Positions 9,844 through 19,564 of a DNA stretch of 64,000 bases are shown piece by piece. The first letter of the stretch is position 1; every line of letters starts with the position of its first letter. Made by a program: the position numbers and the translations under genes. Under the pieces are notes generated by a model. The model was not told where the DNA came from and ran no database searches. It worked only from the letters and a program-made list of their open reading frames with translations. Origin of the DNA: Candidatus Omnitrophota bacterium. Its GTDB lineage: Bacteria; Omnitrophota; Gorgyraeia; JAZDFF01. Location of the stretch: positions 137,364 to 201,363 of the forward strand of contig JAZDFF010000042.1 of assembly GCA_043808095.1 (NCBI GenBank). Direction: 5' to 3'.

Positions 9844-10869
9844 TCAATATTTAGTTCGTAAGTATTTTTTCAAATAAATACACAATTCTTTTGCCACTAA
9901 TTTATTCCCATTTTTGTTAAAATGCGGATCTTTGGGCATCAAATAATAATCTTCAACCACTTTCTCTCTAGAGGCAAAGACTTCTGCCAAATTGATAAAA
10001 TCTATACCTTCTGATTGCGCAAAAACCCGTAATTTATGCTGTGGCCTGAGGCCATTTTTAATCTTAAATTGCTCCGGGTCAGCTAGACCAACCAGGATAA
10101 ATTTAATCTTACCATCACAGATATTCTTAATCTTTACCAAATAATCAAAACACCTATTCCATAATTTATCCTCAACAGGCGTCTCCTCTTCATCAAATAT
10201 ATTAATCTCTTCTTTAGGTACGTACGGACCGAATCTAAGTTTTATAAAATTGCACGAAATAATTTGGCGCAAGGCGTTAAATGTTGCAAAAGACCTAAGA
10301 TAGCTTTTAAAAGGCTCGAATTTGTAATGTTCCTTTAATAAATCCCTCCAAGAGTATTCCCGGCTTAATTCTATTAAATCATTGGGAAACCAAAAAAGGA
10401 TTATCATATCGGGGTTTAGATAAACTCCTCTTTCCAGTAAGTATTCGTATTCTTCACGGGTAGAATAAGCAGCATGCCCGCCATTAACCACCTCTATAGA
10501 CATACGGTCCTTCAAAGAATCATTAAGGATTTTTTCTAGTTTAAAAGCAAAGGCCTCATCATCATTGACCCTCTCTCCGAAAGCATACGAATCTCCTAAA
10601 ACCAAAATTCTATAGACTCCTTTGGGTTTCTCGATATCGATTTCTTCACCGCGCAATCCTAAAGAATTAATCTTTACGTGATACGGAAAAATAAAATCGC
10701 TCATAAAATCCTGGGAAGGTTTATAGTCACCTAATATCTTAGGATAGATTGATTCATTGACTACGTGCACGGGAACAAGCTTAAAAACACGCAGTAAAAT
10801 TTCTAACATGGCAAAAAAAACAAAAACTATTATAAAAAATGCGAAGAAATAATTTAGTTTTTTTCTCAT
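9844..10869 (-). CDS. SGNH/GDSL-family hydrolase (probable polysaccharide O-acetyl esterase/transferase), N-terminal TM
   Basis: 341 aa. ILVLGDSYAFG is the block I GDS motif, and a C-terminal D..HFN..G block is present. Confidence 0.7.
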   Translation of the reverse strand: MRKKLNYFFAFFIIVFVFFAMLEILLRVFKLVPVHVVNESIYPKILGDYKPSQDFMSDFIFPYHVKINSLGLRGEEIDIEKPKGVYRILVLGDSYAFGERVNDDEAFAFKLEKILNDSLKDRMSIEVVNGGHAAYSTREEYEYLLERGVYLNPDMIILFWFPNDLIELSREYSWRDLLKEHYKFEPFKSYLRSFATFNALRQIISCNFIKLRFGPYVPKEEINIFDEEETPVEDKLWNRCFDYLVKIKNICDGKIKFILVGLADPEQFKIKNGLRPQHKLRVFAQSEGIDFINLAEVFASREKVVEDYYLMPKDPHFNKNGNKLVAKELCIYLKKYLRTKY

Positions 10870-10870
10870 T

Positions 10871-12121
10871 TTATATTATTTTTTTCAAAAAATCTGCGAA
10901 AGCTAAAATACCGTTTGCAGCGAAAATCAAAATAAAAGATTCAACAATCCATCGATGCCTACCGTCTAAATTGAACGATGCATGGACCAATGTCATAGTA
11001 ATTAAAAATAATATTATTAGTGTAACCGGGTAAATATCGTTTAAATTAACGTAAGCATGCCTGATTTTTTTATAAAGCCCGATTAGAAAAAACAACAATA
11101 TAAATATCCAATAAAATTTATAAATATAAAGATACGTTTTAGGATACTCCATCCCCTGCGTAGGAGTAAACCACCAAAAATATTTTATTTTTTTAAAAAA
11201 TAGACTTAGCGACCTGATGGGATGTTTTTTAATAAAATCCCTGCCCTCCTCATAGAAATATTTTTTTTGCCCGAATTCATCCATACTTAAAATTTTATAA
11301 CGGAATTGTTCGGGCGCAACATCGAAAATAAACCTATCGCCTAAAGTCTTGTTCGTACCCGTTGCATTGTCATTATAACCTAACCAAAAGGCAAGTCCGG
11401 ATTCGGTAGGTGTTAATACGATTTTATTGAAAACAAGATAATTTCTTATCCATAATGGGAACAATGTCAGTGTTATAAATACAGTTATTAATAAAACGGC
11501 TCTGTAAAATAAGACCGGGCTTACTTTGTACCTCATGAAAAATATTAGAAACACAATGGGTAAAAATAATCCGATCGCAGTGCGGGAAAGTAAAGCTAAC
11601 CCAAAAATTATTCCGCATAAAATTGAAGTTCGGTAAATATTTTTACCGTCTAAAATTTTCAAGAAAAGAAAAATTGATAAAGCATATAGAAATGTATCTA
11701 AAACTAAGGAATGCAGTCTCACTGAATAGTAAACCAAGCCTGGATGCAGGCTTACTAAAAATAGAGATAAAATAGCGATTTTCTGATTAAAGATCCTTAG
11801 CGCAATTCTGTATACCAATAAACAGGTTAAAAGAGATATAATTATCTGCAATATTTTTAAGGCAAGGAAACTATGATTGGTAAAAAAATATACCAAGGCG
11901 CATAAAAGAGGATACAAAACGATATAAGTAGCCCGATAGGGTATGCCGTAAAAATTATAATACAATCCATTGCCTTTAAGTAAATTATTTGCTATCTCTT
12001 CGTACTCCCAGGTATTAGGATGAGAAATCGGTTCCACAAAAAATAAAGCCGATAATCTTGCCATTATTGCCAGAAGAAAAACACTCATAACTAATATTCT
12101 ATTATTATTCTTTAGGTTCAT
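10871..12121 (-). CDS. GT-C fold glycosyltransferase, GT39/PMT_2 (ArnT-like) family
   Basis: 416 aa and polytopic. WEYEEIANNL is an acidic first-loop motif, and the YPLLCALVYFF..SFLALKI..LHPGLVYYS pattern resembles PMT_2/ArnT. Confidence 0.65.
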   Translation of the reverse strand: MNLKNNNRILVMSVFLLAIMARLSALFFVEPISHPNTWEYEEIANNLLKGNGLYYNFYGIPYRATYIVLYPLLCALVYFFTNHSFLALKILQIIISLLTCLLVYRIALRIFNQKIAILSLFLVSLHPGLVYYSVRLHSLVLDTFLYALSIFLFLKILDGKNIYRTSILCGIIFGLALLSRTAIGLFLPIVFLIFFMRYKVSPVLFYRAVLLITVFITLTLFPLWIRNYLVFNKIVLTPTESGLAFWLGYNDNATGTNKTLGDRFIFDVAPEQFRYKILSMDEFGQKKYFYEEGRDFIKKHPIRSLSLFFKKIKYFWWFTPTQGMEYPKTYLYIYKFYWIFILLFFLIGLYKKIRHAYVNLNDIYPVTLIILFLITMTLVHASFNLDGRHRWIVESFILIFAANGILAFADFLKKII

Positions 12122-12178
12122 TTTCTAATAATTCAATTGAACAAATGAGACATATCAAAAGAATGTGCTTTGTTTAAA

Positions 12179-12931
12179 TTACCTTATTTTTAATTTTAAA
12201 TCTAAGGTATATAAAATATATTTCCATCCTTTTTCAAGATATTCTTTAAAATTAGTTCCGGTTTTTGAAACTCCTTTTCTTCTGGGAATACAATAATAAG
12301 GTATCTCAATAATTTTATAGCCCTTCCTCCGTGCCTTATGGATAAAACCGATAAAATATTCACCGTAATCCCCGTTAATCTCAATATTATCAAAAACCTT
12401 CCTTCTTACGGCAACGAAGCCGCTAGTATAATCCTTAAATGACCATCCTAAGACAAAGGAAATAAAATAATTCATCGCCCGGCTTAAAATTACCGCAATC
12501 CAGGAATCGGCCGGTCCCCTTACGTCTCTGCCGCCTTTTGTAAATCGCGAACCGACGCTAATATCATAACCTTCGTATATCTTATTGACTAACTCAGCCA
12601 GGATGTAAGGCGGATGAGAAAAATCACAATCCATCCAGGCAACAATGCTGCCTTCTGAGGCGTTAATACCTGAACGTATGGCAGAGGCGAGTCCTTTTTG
12701 ATTCGTTCTACGAATCAATTTAATAGAATTATCTCCAGAAAAATGTTTTTGCACTATTTCCCAGGTTTTATCGGGAGAATCGTCGTCAACGACAATAAAT
12801 TCGTGGTTAGCTCCTATATGGGTGCTGATATATAGACGTGCCTCTCCAATAATATCGATAATATTTTCTCTTTCATTATAAGTAGGAAAAATTATCGAGA
12901 GTTCAGGATTATTTACGTTTTTCATCCCCAT
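12179..12931 (-). CDS. GT2 polyprenyl-phosphate sugar synthase (dolichyl-phosphate mannose synthase/ArnC-like)
   Basis: 250 aa with LSIIFPTYNEREN, VVDDDSPDKT and WMDCDFSH (DxD/ED motifs of DPM1-like GT2). It lies immediately upstream of a GT-C gene. Confidence 0.85.
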   Translation of the reverse strand: MGMKNVNNPELSIIFPTYNERENIIDIIGEARLYISTHIGANHEFIVVDDDSPDKTWEIVQKHFSGDNSIKLIRRTNQKGLASAIRSGINASEGSIVAWMDCDFSHPPYILAELVNKIYEGYDISVGSRFTKGGRDVRGPADSWIAVILSRAMNYFISFVLGWSFKDYTSGFVAVRRKVFDNIEINGDYGEYFIGFIHKARRKGYKIIEIPYYCIPRRKGVSKTGTNFKEYLEKGWKYILYTLDLKLKIR

Positions 12932-13244
12932 CCCATCTATATCCGCACTCCACGGATACTCCTGACATTTTTTTGTCTTTTTCGTCTATAGGAAATATCT
13001 TGCAGAAAAAAGGCTGTTTATTGTATATCTGGCACTTACCATCCTTTAAATAAATACACCAAGGTTTATTCAAAAGACAGCAACGTCCACAAGCAGAACA
13101 ATTACCTTTGCGCTTGAGTAATGAATTTATTGTATAACGAGGGCGGAAATAAACAAGCCAGCGGTGTCGCATTCCGGAAAGTATAATGGTAAAGAAACCA
13201 GTCCTCTTCATACCCATCTCTTTATGCCAGATTATATATAGCAA
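12909..13244 (-). CDS. small cysteine-cluster protein, YkgJ-like CxxCxxCC (putative Zn/Fe-S binding)
   Basis: About 100 aa. It has an exact CSACGRCC (CxxCxxCC) motif plus further Cys residues, and overlaps the 3' end of rSAM1 and the 5' end of the GT2 gene. Confidence 0.45.
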   Translation of the reverse strand: MLYIIWHKEMGMKRTGFFTIILSGMRHRWLVYFRPRYTINSLLKRKGNCSACGRCCLLNKPWCIYLKDGKCQIYNKQPFFCKIFPIDEKDKKMSGVSVECGYRWDGDEKRK

Positions 13245-14643
13245 AAAAACCTTTTATTTGACCTTGTAACTCTGTAAGCGACCTTATGGATGCAAGCCTT
13301 CTCAAGATATAGGAAGGCCGAAGATAAAATTTTTTGTTGGCAAAATCTAAAAATTCTTTAAATTCATCTTTGGTCAAGGCTTCGGGAACAAACATTATTG
13401 CAGAATGGTCCAAGATACTGCTTTGGCTGAAATCAAATTTATAGCCATCTTTTTTAAGCATCCCGTACAGCTCAGTGCCTGGAAAAGGAACAAATTTATT
13501 AAAATGCGCATAATCGACTTTAACCCTTATTGCAAAATCCAGAGTGCGCCTCAGGCTTTCCAAAGTCTCGCCGGGAGTACCCACAATAAAATCCGCCCTT
13601 ACGCTAAGGCCGGCATTATGGGCTAGCCTCACAGCCATCTCATTTTGTTTAACCGTATTTCCTTTATTTAATAATTTAAGCATCCTATCATCGCCAGACT
13701 CTAAGCCGAAAAGGACTTGCCAGCATCCGGCTTCTTTCATCGCCTTAAACATATCTAGAGAAATATTGGTTACCTTAGTCAGACATGTCCAGGAAACTCT
13801 CAGCCTTCTCTCTTTAATTTTTGCACATAGCTCTAATACCCTTTTATGATTTAAGGTAAAGGTGTCGTCAAAAAATCTAAGTTCTTTTGCGCCAAATTTG
13901 TAAACCAATTCTTCCATCTCATCAATAACATTGCCCGCGCTGCGCTCTCTATAGGTACTGCCGAATACGCCCCGGTCGCAAAAAGTACATTTTGACGGAC
14001 AGCCTCTTGTAGTTATTAGAACGCCCAGAGGTAACTTTCTATAAGAAGCGGGCGTAGGCCGGTAGGTTGACAAAGGAGGCAACAGATGTCTTGCCGGAAA
14101 TGGTAATGTATCTAAATCTTTAATATGTTCTCTGGGGTTCGTTTTAATAATCTGCCCGTTTTTTCTGTATACAATGCCGTTGATATCATCGAGATCGGAG
14201 GTCCTTTTATCTTCCACCCTTTTCAATAATTCCAGTAAAGTCACTTCTCCTTCTCCTATAACCCCAATATCAAAACAGGGAAATTGCATAGTCTCAATCG
14301 GCATAGCGCTAAGATGTGCTCCGCCTATAATAATAGTAGTGTCCGGCAAATGTTTTTTAATATCTTCGGCACAATTTTTCATGCTCTCAAAAGCTACGGT
14401 AGTGCCGGTAAGGCCCACCACATCAGGCTTATCTTTAATTAACGTATTTATTAATTCTTTTTCCGATATCCCTATACTGCAATCGATTATCCTAACCTCA
14501 TAACCCTGCTTTTTTAAAACTGCCCCTAAATAAGCAAGGCCGAGGGCTGGTATGACATTAACTACAGATTTCATGCTTCTTGTATTACCAACCAAACAAC
14601 CGGTTGAAACAGGGGGATCTATTAAACAAATCTTTAGACTCAT
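13222..14643 (-). CDS. B12-binding domain radical SAM protein (class B rSAM) paralog 1
   Basis: 473 aa. The N-terminal Rossmann B12 domain (VVGLTGTT, IIIGGAHLSAMP), the rSAM motif TRGCPSKCTFCD and the C-terminal FVPFPGTELY motif are all present. Confidence 0.85.
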   Translation of the reverse strand: MSLKICLIDPPVSTGCLVGNTRSMKSVVNVIPALGLAYLGAVLKKQGYEVRIIDCSIGISEKELINTLIKDKPDVVGLTGTTVAFESMKNCAEDIKKHLPDTTIIIGGAHLSAMPIETMQFPCFDIGVIGEGEVTLLELLKRVEDKRTSDLDDINGIVYRKNGQIIKTNPREHIKDLDTLPFPARHLLPPLSTYRPTPASYRKLPLGVLITTRGCPSKCTFCDRGVFGSTYRERSAGNVIDEMEELVYKFGAKELRFFDDTFTLNHKRVLELCAKIKERRLRVSWTCLTKVTNISLDMFKAMKEAGCWQVLFGLESGDDRMLKLLNKGNTVKQNEMAVRLAHNAGLSVRADFIVGTPGETLESLRRTLDFAIRVKVDYAHFNKFVPFPGTELYGMLKKDGYKFDFSQSSILDHSAIMFVPEALTKDEFKEFLDFANKKFYLRPSYILRRLASIRSLTELQGQIKGFFAIYNLA

Positions 14644-14654
14644 AGAATATGCCT

Positions 14655-16526
14655 TTATAGATAACCTTTAAAGTAATAATAAGCTATGCTTATATACTCA
14701 TGGATTATAGCCTTGATCTGCTGGAGATTTATCTGCCTTAAAATCCTTGCGCCTCTGTTATCATATCCATCATGGGCATAAAAAGCACTCTGCGTTACAG
14801 GGGTAAATATTACCTTAATTTCTGGGGCGATTTTCTTAAACACCAAAGATGCCCGTCTCATATGATAAGGGGAACTCACCAAAAGAACTTTTCGCCAGTT
14901 ATTTTCACTGGACCTCTGTTTCAAGAAGCGGACATACTCAAAGGTATTAGCACCTCTTTCCTCCAATGAGATCGCTTTTTTGGGTATCCCTAAAGAAACC
15001 GCCAGGGTCTCCATAATATAGGGCTCCTTGTAGAAGTAGGAGAAACCCGAAACAAATATAAGATTATTCGCATAGCCGTATTTATAAAGCCTGACGCCGC
15101 GGTCAACTCTCTCCTCATATCCCTGGCCAGCCTTTCCTAATTCACCTACGCCTCCGGCAAAAACAACAATACAATCAGATTTTTCCGGCTCCTGGGATAT
15201 TTTCAAGGGGCTAGCTATAAACCAAAACAAAGGAGTATAAAATAACAATATATAAATACCTAAAACTATCGAGGTCAATCTAATCGTCTTTCTTCTTGCA
15301 GATTTATAAAATTTAATGAACCTCTCTTGCCAATTGGCGGGACCAGAAGTCTTCCGCTCAAGCTCCTGCATTAATAAATAGTCCATCTTCTCAAATCTTG
15401 CAGTCCAACTATTTATTTTAGCCGAAGCAATACGCTGATTGCTCAATTCTTTGCTATTGTTCTTAAGAGCATTCAAAATGTTAGTAACAAATTGTTCATG
15501 TGTCTTGCCGACCAAAACCAAATTATCATTTTCGGCATTAAAATTAGCCACCTCAGGCAAATCCGTAGAGACAGCTACTTTTCCCATAGCGTGGTACTCG
15601 TTTAACTTAGTCGGGAATACCGTTGTTGTATATTTGCTATTTTCATAAGGTATAATACAGACATCAAATTCGTTTATATAGCTCGGTAGACTCAAGAAGT
15701 CTTTCTTACCTAAAAGGAATACGTTCTTAAGGTCTTTTATCCTTGAAACATCAGTCTGGATAGGCCCAATTAAAACTATAGACCACTGAGGCTGAGTTTC
15801 TGCGATAAATCTTATCAATCTGAAATCAATGTGCCGATGTATTCCGCCGATATACCCAATTATAGGCTTTTTGATGGCTATTAAATCTTGCGGAGATTCC
15901 GAAGGATTATTTCTAAAATTTTCGAAAGTTTCAAACTTTACTCCGAAAGGGAAAATATAAACATTGCCATTGAGTCTTTGGCATTTGTTTTTCAAAAACT
16001 CTCCTTGTACGAATATTAAATCGCTTTTACTAATCAGCTCATTCTCGGACCTCTCCGCTTTTTTGGGGCTGTCTACCAATTCATTGAAGTCGGCTATACA
16101 ATAATAAACCAAGAATTTTCTATCTACGCTATTAATAATGTCTAGCGCCGTACCGGTAGGCAAAAATGTCCAGACAATCGGTTCGTGAAATTCCATAGCC
16201 TTCATCCATCTTCTTATCGGAACAATTAACATATATTTATTAATCCAACGCGCAATCTTTGAGTAAGGAAAAGGTAAAATGATAGGAGAATAAACATAAA
16301 GATCCTCCCTTTCCAATCTAAAGCCTTTGATACTTTTAAACCAATTGCTAACCCTTTTTCGCAATCTGTAAATGTCTCTTAAATTAGGAACGCGTATACC
16401 GGTATTTTCAATAAATAAGACTCTATTGCCGTTCTTGGCAAAAGTAGACATTATCTCCTGATGCCCCTGCCAGACAAAATCCCAATCGATGGAAGATATG
16501 CAGATAATGTTTTGGTTTTTAAGCAT
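14655..16526 (-). CDS. GT-B (GT4-like) glycosyltransferase fused through a TM segment to a C-terminal DUF218 (YdcF/ElyC-like) domain
   Basis: 623 aa. The N-terminus (IICISSIDWDFVWQGHQEIM..NRVLFIEN) is GT4-like, a TM helix follows (LTSIVLGIYILLFYTPLFWFIA), and the C-terminus carries CIVVFAGGV..LIFVSG..GANTFEYVRF..VSSPYHMRRA, which are DUF218 hallmarks. Confidence 0.6.
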   Translation of the reverse strand: MLKNQNIICISSIDWDFVWQGHQEIMSTFAKNGNRVLFIENTGIRVPNLRDIYRLRKRVSNWFKSIKGFRLEREDLYVYSPIILPFPYSKIARWINKYMLIVPIRRWMKAMEFHEPIVWTFLPTGTALDIINSVDRKFLVYYCIADFNELVDSPKKAERSENELISKSDLIFVQGEFLKNKCQRLNGNVYIFPFGVKFETFENFRNNPSESPQDLIAIKKPIIGYIGGIHRHIDFRLIRFIAETQPQWSIVLIGPIQTDVSRIKDLKNVFLLGKKDFLSLPSYINEFDVCIIPYENSKYTTTVFPTKLNEYHAMGKVAVSTDLPEVANFNAENDNLVLVGKTHEQFVTNILNALKNNSKELSNQRIASAKINSWTARFEKMDYLLMQELERKTSGPANWQERFIKFYKSARRKTIRLTSIVLGIYILLFYTPLFWFIASPLKISQEPEKSDCIVVFAGGVGELGKAGQGYEERVDRGVRLYKYGYANNLIFVSGFSYFYKEPYIMETLAVSLGIPKKAISLEERGANTFEYVRFLKQRSSENNWRKVLLVSSPYHMRRASLVFKKIAPEIKVIFTPVTQSAFYAHDGYDNRGARILRQINLQQIKAIIHEYISIAYYYFKGYL

Positions 16527-16562
16527 TTGTATTAGAAAATATCGGTCAATTTTATTAACATA

Positions 16563-18095
16563 TTACTCGTATACATATCTTGACTTTATCCTTAATAATT
16601 CCGCCAAGCGTTCAATTCTTTTCCTTATAATAGGGGGTAAATATAATGACAGCACATGTCCGGCCATTAGAAAAAATTGACGTATGGCATACATCGGCCT
16701 GTTCTTTATATTTGCCTTTATCTTGAAAAGGTAATTGGTCGGGAGCACTAATGTCCTATCCAGAATCAAGCGTAGGTGATCAAAGCGCGAATAAGGTATA
16801 TCTGCAAAAGTAATATCTCCAAGTACAGCTTGATCATATAAATCATCCCAATCATCATAATTTTTAATCCGCCCTTCGCTAATAAGCTGTTTATAAAAAA
16901 GCGTCCCGGGCAAAGGATAAAACTTGTGTCTAGTTATCCAATCGGGTCTAGTATTTTTTAAAAATTTTATTGAGTCAATAAAATCTTGCTCCCTCTCATG
17001 AGGAGTCCCCAAGATAAGATTGGCCGTACAGGAAATACCGAATTTTTTTGTCAATTTAATTGCCTTAAGACCGTCTTCTACCGTAGCGTTTTTATTCATC
17101 CTGAGTAATACGTCAGGCGAACCTGATTCTATTCCATATATTACATTGATACATCCGGACTCCTTAAGGACATTAAGAATATCTTCGTCTACCGTATCTG
17201 CCCTCAAGCTTACTTCATAAACTATTTTTTTATTTATTTTGCTTCTAATTAACATGTTGCATATTCCAAGAGTACGGTTTTTTTCAACTGCAAAAACAGG
17301 ATCATCAAAAAAAAGCGCTTTTATTTTATAATTTTCTATAAGATGCTGGATTTCTGCCTCGACATAATCGATACTATGCTGCCTTACGTATCTGCCTGAA
17401 TTCCAATTTCGCGATATCGAATTCTGGCAGAAGGAACACGGATTAGGGCATCCCCTTTGGGTATAAATAGTAGTCCCCGATAATAAGTTTCCCTTAATGG
17501 TTGTAGAACTTGGAGCAAAATAAAAATCGGCATTTAATAAATCCCTGGCAGGAAAAGGTAACTTATTTAAATCTTGTATTAGGGCCCTTTTTTCATTTAT
17601 TATAGTTCTTCCGCCATCATCAAAAGAAATACCTTTGATATCTCTTAAAGGATACCCCTCCACAAATTCCAACATGGTGTTCTCGCCCTCGCCGATACAA
17701 ATAGCATCGATCTCTTTGCATTGCTTAAACGACGAATACGGTTCTGCGCTTGGATGAGGCCCGCCAAGAATAATTTTTATTTTTTCGTCAAATTCCTTTA
17801 TCAACCTTGTGCATCTGTATGCATCCATAATCTGAGGAGTAGTAGCGGTAATCCCCACGAAATCAGGACTAAAATTCTCTACGTATCCATAAAGATGTTT
17901 ATCCGCAAACAAAATACTTTCCGCTGTCCTTGCTTGAAAACCAACGGCAAATTTTCTCTCATATAACTTGACTTCATGACCGAATTCTCTTAGATAAGAG
18001 GCTATGTATAGTAGGCCACAGGGAGGCTGTTTGGCAATTATATCGTTTTCCCATTGGCTATTTTGACTTAGTGGATTTATTAATAAAACTTTCAT
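16563..18095 (-). CDS. B12-binding domain radical SAM protein (class B rSAM) paralog 2
   Basis: 510 aa with FVGITATT, IILGGPHPSAEP, QRGCPNPCSFCQ and FYPLPGTLFY. Confidence 0.85.
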   Translation of the reverse strand: MKVLLINPLSQNSQWENDIIAKQPPCGLLYIASYLREFGHEVKLYERKFAVGFQARTAESILFADKHLYGYVENFSPDFVGITATTPQIMDAYRCTRLIKEFDEKIKIILGGPHPSAEPYSSFKQCKEIDAICIGEGENTMLEFVEGYPLRDIKGISFDDGGRTIINEKRALIQDLNKLPFPARDLLNADFYFAPSSTTIKGNLLSGTTIYTQRGCPNPCSFCQNSISRNWNSGRYVRQHSIDYVEAEIQHLIENYKIKALFFDDPVFAVEKNRTLGICNMLIRSKINKKIVYEVSLRADTVDEDILNVLKESGCINVIYGIESGSPDVLLRMNKNATVEDGLKAIKLTKKFGISCTANLILGTPHEREQDFIDSIKFLKNTRPDWITRHKFYPLPGTLFYKQLISEGRIKNYDDWDDLYDQAVLGDITFADIPYSRFDHLRLILDRTLVLPTNYLFKIKANIKNRPMYAIRQFFLMAGHVLSLYLPPIIRKRIERLAELLRIKSRYVYE

Positions 18096-18235
18096 ATTTT
18101 TTATAAATGCGCCTTGTTTAAAGAAAATGAATCATCTTATAAAGTGTCCACTCTCAATGTCTATTAACTCTAAGTAAATTTGAACTCAAGAAATACAAAC
18201 CCTGTTTCACTTTTAGTCTTAATATTTTAAATTGC

Positions 18236-19441
18236 CTAGGAATTATATTCGTTTACTTGGGTTAACTCATTATATAATCGAGCATTTTCTTTGCTTATAG
18301 TTTGTATCGAGAAATTATTTATGATTGCCTTCCTTGCATTATTCCCTACTTCATGAATGAGTTTTTCATTATGCAAGAGTTCGTTTAATTTTAAAGAGAG
18401 GTCGTCTGAATTATCCATTTCAAAAAGTAAACCGTCTTTTTTGTCTGATATCACGTAATCTGTGATACCCCTTATCCTAGTTGCTATGCAGCCTAAACCA
18501 CAGGACATCGCTTCTAAGAGTACGTTAGGCAGGCCTTCTCTTCTTGACGCTAATACGAAAATATCAGAAGCTCGATAATATTTTTCTATCTCAAGTGTCT
18601 TTTCTATCAAAAATATCTCATTATTCATATTGGATTCAGCTATAGTCAGATTGAATTTATTAACTAAATTAGAGCTAACTGCAAAGTGAGTCGGATCAGT
18701 CGAACCAATAAATATAATTGACACTCCCCTACTTTGGCTATCTCTAATTTTCTTCCAGGCTTCTAGCAACAGATTGGCGCCTTTATGTAAGGCAAAAACG
18801 CCGATAAAAAGTATTATTATATTGCTTTCCGGAAGCCCTAATGATTTTCTTAGTTCTTGCTTAATGTTATTATCATCAAGCGGAGAAAATTTCTCGACAT
18901 CGACTCCGTTAGGGATGGTTAATAATTTCCTATTTGATAATGGGCTCTTTAAGAAGGATTGAGTAATAGCCGGGCTGAGGCTTACAAAAACATCGGATTT
19001 TGAAAAGAAAAACAACAGTACCTTCCCGAATCTATTATTCCGGATAGATAAGGGATCATCATCGCCAAGTAATTGCATTGTTTGAATTATCTTCTTTTTA
19101 AATATTTTTCCAAGTACGATAAAGATTATTGCCTTGGTTGAAAAACCTTGCAAGTGCAGTATATCTACCTTCTTTTCCAACTTCATAAATATCCCAATAA
19201 ACGAGAAAAATGACCTGATCAGTGAATACGCATTGCCCAGCTTTAGCATTACCCTGAAAACCGGCACTCCTTCAATCAATCCCTCTTTTGGCAGACTATA
19301 ATCTCTACATGTTGTTATTACATAAAATGAGAATTGCTTATCCAAAGCGCGAATAAGCGTTTGAGCCTGGACTCCTCCTCCGCCGCTTATTTCTGGATAA
19401 AATGCACCAGTCAATATACAGACACCTTTAAATTTTCCCAT
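18236..19441 (-). CDS. GT4-family glycosyltransferase
   Basis: 401 aa with EGLPNVLLEAMSCGLGCIATRIRGITDYV. Confidence 0.8.
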   Translation of the reverse strand: MGKFKGVCILTGAFYPEISGGGGVQAQTLIRALDKQFSFYVITTCRDYSLPKEGLIEGVPVFRVMLKLGNAYSLIRSFFSFIGIFMKLEKKVDILHLQGFSTKAIIFIVLGKIFKKKIIQTMQLLGDDDPLSIRNNRFGKVLLFFFSKSDVFVSLSPAITQSFLKSPLSNRKLLTIPNGVDVEKFSPLDDNNIKQELRKSLGLPESNIIILFIGVFALHKGANLLLEAWKKIRDSQSRGVSIIFIGSTDPTHFAVSSNLVNKFNLTIAESNMNNEIFLIEKTLEIEKYYRASDIFVLASRREGLPNVLLEAMSCGLGCIATRIRGITDYVISDKKDGLLFEMDNSDDLSLKLNELLHNEKLIHEVGNNARKAIINNFSIQTISKENARLYNELTQVNEYNS

Positions 19442-19564
19442 ATTGTATTTTGTCTTCAGATAATTATAATCAAAAAAATTTCAAATAAATTGAAGTGCTT
19501 AAAAAATCTTAAACTTTCCAATTTGTTGTTTTGTACTTATATAAACCTACATATACGGTTAACA

